Assembly (NCBI GenBank): GCA_964016885.1
Contig: OZ024744.1
Span: 83,452,001-83,516,000 of the forward strand
Length of the DNA: 64,000 bases
Direction: 5' to 3'
Origin: Eledone cirrhosa
Lineage: Eukaryota
Positions within the stretch are counted from its first letter, which is position 1. Each line of letters begins with the position of its first letter. The notes under the pieces were generated by a model. That model searched no databases. It was given only the letters and a program-made list of their open reading frames with translations, and was not told the DNA's origin. Shown here piece by piece: positions 55,897 to 64,000 of this stretch. Position numbers and translations under genes: made by a program.

Positions 55897-56475
55897 GAAA
55901 CGGGGCCAAAATATGGCTTGAAAAACATTCCCTACTATTTAAAAAATAAATATTTAAATGAATATGTAAAATTCATTAACGTTTAATTTTAATGTATAAT
56001 TTGTTACATTCAACAAATGGTGGAAGCACTGCCGAAATGTATCCTCTAAAAGTAAGCAGTTGTCCGAAAACTTTAGGGAATCTTTGATCTAATGACTATC
56101 TTTGAGAAGTTTTCTCCTGAAGAGATGACAGATATTTGATTGACTAACATTTTTTTTTCCAAAGACCATTGCGGTCAAACTTACCAAGAGTATGGGAGTT
56201 GTTTTTGTTGTTGGAACTCCGTTGGTTCCGACAAGTGTGCCAGTTGTTCGAACAAAGGAACAACCTACTTGTTAAATTAACGCGCAGGTGACTGAGCATT
56301 CCATTGACACGTCAGTCTTTAACATGATATTCAGGGAGATTCAGTTTGAGTAGTGCACGGCAGCGCACGACAGGACACACACACACACAGACACACAGAC
56401 ACACAGACACACATACACACAGACACACAGACACACATACACACAGACACAAACACATACACACACATGCACACA

Positions 56476-56554
<79 letters not shown>

Positions 56555-57073
56555 AGTACAATTCACAGGTACAAATAAATTGTGTCATAATCAAGGATAC
56601 ATAGCATAAGTCGGTCCAGGATTCAAGGTGATATTATGACAAACATCTTAACCACCAAGCCACGCGCCTATTGATAAACATAAGTCTGGCTTGGAAAGAC
56701 ATCTTACATGTGATCAATCCAGTGAATTTCACTAATATCCTGCAAAATTAATTCACTTAATTTTCTATAATCAATAAAACTCGATCTTACATAGTGCATT
56801 CAACACATGTTGCCGAACTCACTGCACCTATACCATTCGATCTTGAATTTAATGCACAACAGGTTGCCAATATATATGCAAACCCACACAAACAAACGAA
56901 CACATACATACTCAAAAACATACGCACACACAGAGAGACACATAGACAAACACATAGGCGCACACACATACACACGCACACACAGACATATATTACATAT
57001 ATATAAGACATATATATATATATATATATATATAGAATTCACATGAATCAAAGTTCTGTTCAAACCATTTATT

Positions 57074-57120
57074 AGCTTACAATTGTTTCATCCAAACCGA
57101 GGTTTGAAGTCTTCGGAGCT
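57074..57120 (-). ncRNA. Hammerhead with U4C core variant
   Basis: Minus strand reads AGCU-CCGAAGA-C-UUCAAACC(UC)GGUUUGGA-U-GAAA-CAAUUG-UA/AGCU. Stem III is the palindrome ACAAUUGU and stem I has 4 bp. Confidence 0.62.
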
Positions 57121-57823
57121 TTTTTTTCAATGTTTGTTTACATACATCACCTCCTTTCCAACACAAGAGACATACAGATACATATGTATATATTGAGGTA
57201 CAGTGGGATGACATCCATTATATTATTTCTGAATGGTAATTTAAATTCAAAAATTAAAATCATATTAAAACAGAATCAAAGCAAAATTAAAATTAAAATA
57301 CAACATCGGCAGTTAACGTAGATAATGCAAGAGGATAGTTTGTTAGTCCGTTGTAGTAGTTATTGCATGCAATAGTTACACGTGCATACCCCACGGTTTG
57401 GATGAAACAATTGTAAGCTAATAAATGGTTTGAACAGAACTTTGATTCATGTGAATTCTATATAACTGCTCTGTAGAACAACTGATGTTATTACATTGAG
57501 CTATTTATCTTACTAGTAATAAGGTAGTAATAAATTACTGTCTTTCACTGTTTAGGGTTTAAAATATATATAACTATAAAAAGTTTTAGTATATACATAA
57601 CCATAAATAGTATCCTTAATACTATATATATATATATCCAGGGAGTGTAACATGAAGTTACTGTATATTCACCCAGGTGAGTCTAGGTTCACGTTAGTGA
57701 TGAGGTGTAGAGCTAGAGAGGAGTGTAATATAATAATACAAGGACGATTTGTTAAGCCTTTATTACGCTTATTGATACCAATCAATAAACGTAATGAAGG
57801 GTTAACAAATCGTTCTTGTATTA

Positions 57824-58424
57824 TCTATATATATAAAACTGAGGATGTCTGTCTGTGTGTGTGTGATTTTGAATCCCTAAAACTAGAGAAGCATCCAACC
57901 GACTGTTTTCAAACTTTACACATGTAATATTTATGTTTCAGGGAGTGTTCTGAGCAAAAGAAACTTCAAATTTTCAATGCCCTAGGGACCGCATTAGGCG
58001 ATTTAGCGATCTCTCTCTATAATTCTTAGTCATTCTCTTTTTAGATAGATACATAGATATAACGTCGCGCCCTTATAATTGTTTCTACTTTAGGCACAAG
58101 GCCAGCAATTACCCAGTGCATTACTGGTACTTTATTTTATCGACCCCGTAAGAATGAAAGGCAATATCTGTCTGTATGTCTGGCTGTCTGCTGCCTCTGG
58201 TTATTCCGCCACCCTTGCTCAAGACAAATCTCACACTCATTCCCCAAACAGTTAGTAAGTGCACACAACTTCTTCCTCACGTTTTAAGCATCAGCGGTGC
58301 TTACTTACGTACCACCAGATCCTTACTTCTTTGCCAGCCCTGGTTGTGACAATACTAAGCTTAGCTAGGGTGGTTATATATTTCACAATACCTTATTCCG
58401 TGCAACGCCGGGTACCACTGCTAG
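57824..58424 (+). mobile_element. Non-autonomous Helitron carrying a nested SINE
   Basis: 5' end A|TCTATATATATAAAACTG; 3' end has the GC-rich imperfect hairpin CCGTGCAACGCCGGG then CTAG|T. A family-A SINE at about 58073-58162 interrupts sequence that is contiguous in the 14494 copy. Confidence 0.75.
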
Positions 58425-58427
58425 TAT

Positions 58428-58459
<32 letters not shown>

Positions 58460-58546
58460 GGTATGCACATACATACATACATACATACATACATACATAC
58501 ATACATACATACATACATACATACATACATACATACATACATACAC

Positions 58547-59046
58547 AAGTTAGTTGCCCAGCAGATGCCAATATAATATCAAAGATTAACGAAAAGGAGA
58601 ATATATATGTAGAACTAATGAGAAACTTCAGATACACCACCCTGACTATACCTTCACATTTATGCCTGTGTTTATTGGGGCACTAGGTTATGTTAGTAAC
58701 CTCCTCAATACAAATCTTGAGAAGCTAGGCTTCACAGGAACAGAAAGAACACAACTAGTTAGGAAATTACAAGTACAATCTATTAATGGGGCCGTAAAAA
58801 TATATAAAACATTCCAAAAATGTTGCATCTAATAACTGTATATCTAATAACTGCATATACACATGTACAGATACAAAGAGTATACATATGCACGGATATA
58901 AGTCCATACCTGCAAACGCATGATTGCATATATAAATATCTACCTAGTTGATGGTGTGTAAATTCCAACGAGAGAGTCTTGTGTCTATGTTAGAAACCGA
59001 CTCTCTCTCTATTGGCAAAAATTTGTGAAATTATAAAACCAGAAGA
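58547..59046 (+). mobile_element. R4-like family B 3' fragment
   Basis: Reverse-complement match to about 49985-50495 (SCPADANIISKI...IGALGYV plus the 3' UTR). It begins right after (CATA)n. Confidence 0.85.
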
Positions 59047-59058
59047 CACATACGTACA

Positions 59059-59366
59059 TGATGGCTGCCCCCTCCTTATCGAGTATGGCCATTGCACGTT
59101 ATACCATTATTAATCATTATTAATTAATTCTATAGTGCAATACCTGTGCGTGAACGTATTTTTTAAAGTGAGGAAAGACTGTGCACTGAGCCAATCCCAT
59201 TCTCTGAGAGACAGTAGCTATAACCCGAAAAGAAGAAAAGATCAACATCATCGGTAACTACTGAGCCGCAGGTTTTATCTCGGAATTATCCCAGTTTCCT
59301 GAGTTGCCTTCTAGAAGAATGCTCTGACAAATGCTAGGGGGTCCTTCATTCCCAGTGTTTTAACCA
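59059..59366 (-). mobile_element. Second copy of the 28756-type subfamily
   Basis: Direct similarity to 28756-29042, flanked by CATA repeats. Confidence 0.7.
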
Positions 59367-59469
59367 CATACATACATACATTCTATACATACATATAAAT
59401 TTATATATTCACAAGTACATATGTGTGTGTTTGTGTGTATTAATGTCATCAATGTTTTATGAGAGTTTT

Positions 59470-60300
59470 TTTTCCATTCTTCCTCCACTTGTTGCCGTTT
59501 GTCTTCTCCTCTGCGAGGTTCCTTGTTTTGACATCAGCTTTCAACATTTCTACTCAGATATTTCTCGGCCTTCCTCTCCTGCATATTCTTTCAATTGGGA
59601 TCTCTTGGCATTTCTTTACTCGATTATCAAGATCCATACGCATCACTGGCCCATACCAGAGCAGTCTTCTGCCTTGCACGCTGCATCTGATTCCTTTTAT
59701 ATCCAAAGTTTTTCTTTGGTCCTTCGTGGTTTATGCATATACACATAACACATCTAACATTGCATTCACGCTTCATTTCTCTCCAGTCTTCTCATAATTT
59801 CTGCATTCACCATCTATGTCTCACATCCATGTTTCTTTGCTCGGAGAGAAACGTCCTTTGTTGTCACGCAAGTTGTAGGTCCTTGAACTTTTCCTCTTAC
59901 TCTAGCTACTGCGATCGCCGAGCAACCCCTTCCACTGCTAATTAGGTCACCTATGTAATAGAAAGTAATAACTACATCTATGAGGCCTTTCCTTTGTGCC
60001 CTTACTACTAACTATCCTAAGGCCTGCTATCCCACTTCACATCTTATATGCTCACAGTTTACTCTGTACATATCGTTCAGAATTCCCAACGACTCCTTTT
60101 CTACGTATCAAGCACAGTCACTTCCCGATAGATTTAAAGTTTAGAAATCATACCACTTATTGCTTCTTTAACTCTATAACTACGAACGTCCCTCTATTGA
60201 GTGTACTGGGCGTAGCACCTCTTCCTCCCAATCATTCTCCAACTACAGCAACCTCTCATAATACCTTTTTCAAGCAGCTATCATCTGAGCCTCACTGAGG
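59470..60300 (-). pseudogene. Decayed RTE-clade LINE, C-terminal region
   Basis: Minus-strand pieces DVVITFYYIGDLISSGRGCSAIAVARVR, RRLLWYGPVMRMD and RRGRPRN correspond to the RTE motifs F.YLG, RL.W.GHV.RM and RGRP. Boundaries are approximate. Confidence 0.7.
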
Positions 60301-60811
60301 TTAGCTATGCCAATGTCAATCCTAGTACAATTCAACATCTTGACCCACACTGACACTCCAGTGTGCAATACAGAACACCTCGCAGATCCTCATTTCACAC
60401 GGCATACCTATACTTGTATGCATCAAGTAGAAGTTATATTTAACAGAAAGGTCCTTTCAATTTTTATTCTGATGTCACTAATAATAAATTTTTCTTGACA
60501 AATATTGAACTATTCTGAGAGATAGGGGAGTCTTTGTTTGGGTTTCTCTGTATGGATATATGCGTTTTGTGCACGAATGTATTACGTTGCTTGCGCTGCA
60601 GCTACGGCTACAAATCATTTACGTGATATTCTATACTCACAGAAAGTGAACAAAGTACGCGCGAACAGAGAATTATATATCTTTAGATAGAAATGTTCAG
60701 GTGGGCATACATATAGAAAAAACATCATAGACGTATGCACTACACACACACACACATACACACACATATATATAGAGAGAGATAGATATATATATATATA
60801 TAGAGAGAGAG

Positions 60812-60858
<47 letters not shown>

Positions 60859-61006
60859 AATATATATAATGCCTCATCGGGTTTGTCAACACTATCAACA
60901 CACAAAGCAATCAGGAGCACACGCACACAGACTCACAAGTACATCCATGCATACACCTATACACATATACACAATACACACACACACACACACACATATA
61001 TGTGTG

Positions 61007-61069
<63 letters not shown>

Positions 61070-61519
61070 ATATATGGCCTGGCTTGTTTGGAATAGTAGC
61101 GATATTCTCATCCACTTACACTCGAGCATATTTTTACTTTATAATAATAATGCAATCGTCCATACACAAATGCTCAGATGTCAAGACTACAACACCAAGA
61201 TCATATGTCTGAACCATGTGTCTAATTGGGTTCTGGAGAAGAAGAAGAAGAAGAAGAAGAAGAAGAAGAAGAAGAAGAAGAAGAAGAAGAAGAAGAAGGG
61301 GAAGAGGAAGAAGGAGAAGAAGAAGAAGAAGAAGAAGAAGAAGAAGAAGAAGAAGAAGAAGAAGAAGAAGAAGAAGAAGAAGAAGAAGAAGAAGGAGGCT
61401 GAGGGGAGGATAAGAAAAAGAAGAAATATAACAAAAACAATAATTAGAACTACTATCACCGTTATCCCTACCACCACCACCAACACTACCATTACAACTA
61501 CTACTATTATTATTATTAT

Positions 61520-61712
61520 TGGATTGGCAGTATCGGTAGAGGGTCGGACGCCATCCTTTGACGCATAGAGTTACGGCCCTTGCCATTCTGAGTTCAAATT
61601 CCGCCGAGGTTAACTTTGCCTTTCATCCTCACGGGGTCGATAAAATAAAGTACCAGTAATACACTGGATATTTGCTGGCCTTGTGCCAAAAGTAGAAACA
61701 ATTATTATTATT
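61520..61712 (+). mobile_element. Family-A SINE
   Basis: Full-length match, flanked by (TTA)n. Confidence 0.8.
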
Positions 61713-62221
61713 ACACCACTACTACTACTACTACTACTATTTCTACTACAACTACTACTACTACTACTATGACTACTGCCACCACCAACACCTCCACCAT
61801 CAACTTTTAGCCTGCATTCTTTCAGTCAGGCTGTTTCGAATTCTGTGAGGATCTGCAAATGTTATAAGTGGCAGGTCTGCTCTTATTTTCCCTATCAATC
61901 GTATTTAAAATACACTATTATAAGCATCTTATGAAAGAAAATATAAACACCGAATGAAAATAGTAATTATATACTTATACGATTTACCTTGCGGAACTAA
62001 ACTTAACTGATAGTCTCATAAATGATTTGATATTTACTTATTGTAGAATGTTGTTGTTGTTCAGGATTATGATATTGTTGTTGTTTTTGCTTCTGCTGCT
62101 GCTGTGTTTTGTTTTGTAGTTGTTGTTGCTTTTGTTATTCTGAACCTAGGCCATTCGTGAGTGAGTGAATCTAAGATAAAAACGATATCCGGTTGTAAAC
62201 AACCGCATTTTCATCAAACAT

Positions 62222-62495
62222 AATGGGTTCTACTTTTGGCACAAGGTCAGCAAATACCCAGTACATTGCTGGTACTTTATTTTATCGACCCCCGTAAGGA
62301 TGAAAGGCAAAGTTAACCTCCATGTTCTTTAAACATAATGGGTTCTGATTTAGGCATAAGGTCAACAATTTTGGTAAAGAGGAAAGTCGATTAAATCGAT
62401 TCCAGTGTATTACTGGTACTTTATTTTATCGACACTGTAAGGATGAAAGGCAAAGCTAAACTCGGCGGGATTTGAACGTAAAGGGCCGTAACGCC
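62222..62495 (-). mobile_element. Two partial family-A SINEs
   Basis: The body motif occurs twice. Further partial copies are at about 1477-1585 (+), 32975-33115 (-), 52205-52365 (-), 58073-58162 (-) and 63380-63485 (-). Confidence 0.75.
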
Positions 62496-63731
62496 AAATT
62501 GCGAAGTTCAATTGTATAGTGTCTACATTGTCCAAGTGTGCGGTATACTCACAAATTGTTTTCAGATAATAACAATCCTAACGTAAAGGGCTGTAACTAT
62601 GTTTGACTTATACTGTCTAATGCATTCACTCATCTTTTATTAATGCCTTTGGTTGGGACTTTAAAGAGATTCGGTTAATGTTAAGCTGAGTTGTTCGAGC
62701 GTCTCAATAGGTGTCCCGATATCTGTCCCGACTCTCTGCACGCTGATAACAAATATCTTTGAGGTTAAGTTTGCCATTCGTCGTTTCAGGATCGACAAAT
62801 AAAGTGCCTATCCAGAGCGGTTGACCGGCAATTTCATTCTGACTATGTACGTTACTTCCTTTCATTGGTGTGTGTGTCACTTCTATTATGAGTTTAAAAT
62901 GTCAAAAACCAAGGAAAACATTTTTCGTCTGATCTAACGGCCGGCTCCTTATATTTTTATTGTTTTTCTTGAGTGTCACGTAGAAAACCCTTCATTGATT
63001 TATATAGTGCATGTATTTTAACAAGGTTAAATAAGGAAAACTAGGACGTTGAATATAAGTACAGCAAATATAGAGAAATGATTTAGAAGAGATGGACAAT
63101 TACCACTTTAATTAAAAAGGTTAAACGGTTAATATGTATTTGTTTAAAAAAGTGTCTTAAATTTCCCATCTTAGTTATACGGTTGAAAAAAAACAATGAA
63201 TAAATAAATAAAATAAATGAATACATAAATACAATAAATATATAAATGAAAGAAGATATACTAGAGGCATCTTTAATGTCATCTATATCGTTACGACCTT
63301 AGTCAAAACCAACGCCATTTTGCCACCAACTACACCATCATCTGCAACATCCCCACCATGACTGTAAACATCATATATAATAATTGTTTCTACTTTGTGA
63401 CACTAGGCCAGCAATTACCAGTACATTACTGGTACTTTATTTTATCGACCCCCGTACCAATGAAAGGCAAAGTTAACTTCGACGGAATAATAACACCAGT
63501 ATTAAGCAGTAACAATCTAGTAAACTGGAAATTATTGAATATTTTAGAAACACATAAAATACAGGTAATATATATATATATATATATATTTAAAGGTTAA
63601 ACAAGGTTCAATGAATAAATCAATGAATAAAGTTTTACAATAGATTAGAAGCACTCCACAGTATTGGTTTTCCGAAGTTATTAATATTAATTCAAAATAT
63701 TAACAAATATAGACATTCGTGTGATCAAGTA

Positions 63732-63798
63732 TATTTTATTATACATATTTCAGAGGTACTGAGCTATCTTCAACAGCACGTCCTCATCAGATAAAATA
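63732..63798 (-). ncRNA. Inverted copy of the 63902-63968 hammerhead
   Basis: Reverse complement with one substitution in stem II. Confidence 0.72.
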
Positions 63799-63901
63799 AC
63801 ATGATGCATGACATACCCTGACTATGTAGATGGTTAAAATTCAGTCATGGCAGTCATGAATTTTAACCATCTACATAGTTAAGGTATGTCAAGCACCATG
63901 T

Positions 63902-63968
63902 TATTTTATCTGATGAGGACGTACTGTTGAAGATAGCTCAGTACCTCTGAAATATGTATAATAAAATA
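63902..63968 (+). ncRNA. Type-I hammerhead ribozyme with long stem II
   Basis: UAUUUUAU-CUGAUGA-GGACGUACUG(12-nt loop)CAGUACCUCU-GAAA-UAUGUA-UA/AUAAAAUA. Stem I has 8 bp and the core is canonical. Confidence 0.75.
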
Positions 63969-64000
63969 TACTTGATCACACGAATGTCTATATTTGTTAA

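Larger units (their letters stand above)
63700..64000. repeat. Long inverted repeat (PLE-type inverted pLTR) running off the window end
   Basis: 63700-63843 pairs with 63857-64000 around a 13-nt spacer, with few mismatches. Confidence 0.9.

Overview
AT-rich, microsatellite-saturated animal DNA. The repeat landscape suggests a cephalopod (octopus-like) genome, which is inference only. The only host gene I can support is a Phox2 paired-like homeobox gene on the + strand, seen as two exons: 35899-36098 and 53239-53518, joined across a 17,140-bp phase-0 intron at the canonical VQ/VWFQ position, with a poly-Q tract after the homeodomain. Its first exon is not recognisable in the window and a last exon is uncertain. 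The rest is simple repeats and nested, mostly decayed mobile elements: R4/Dong-like RLE LINEs, CRE and RTE fragments, Penelope-like elements (PLEs), tRNA-derived SINEs and non-autonomous Helitrons. The most striking unannotated signal is a set of minimal type-I hammerhead ribozyme (HHR) motifs from at least five unrelated sequence families. They include U3:A8 and U4C core variants and a five-unit HHR-like array with (TA)n spacers, and most sit inside inverted pseudo-LTR fold-backs next to (TA)n tracts. Element families also appear to partition microsatellite targets: (TAA)n, (CATA)n and (TA)n. All folds and alignments were read by eye; none was computed.
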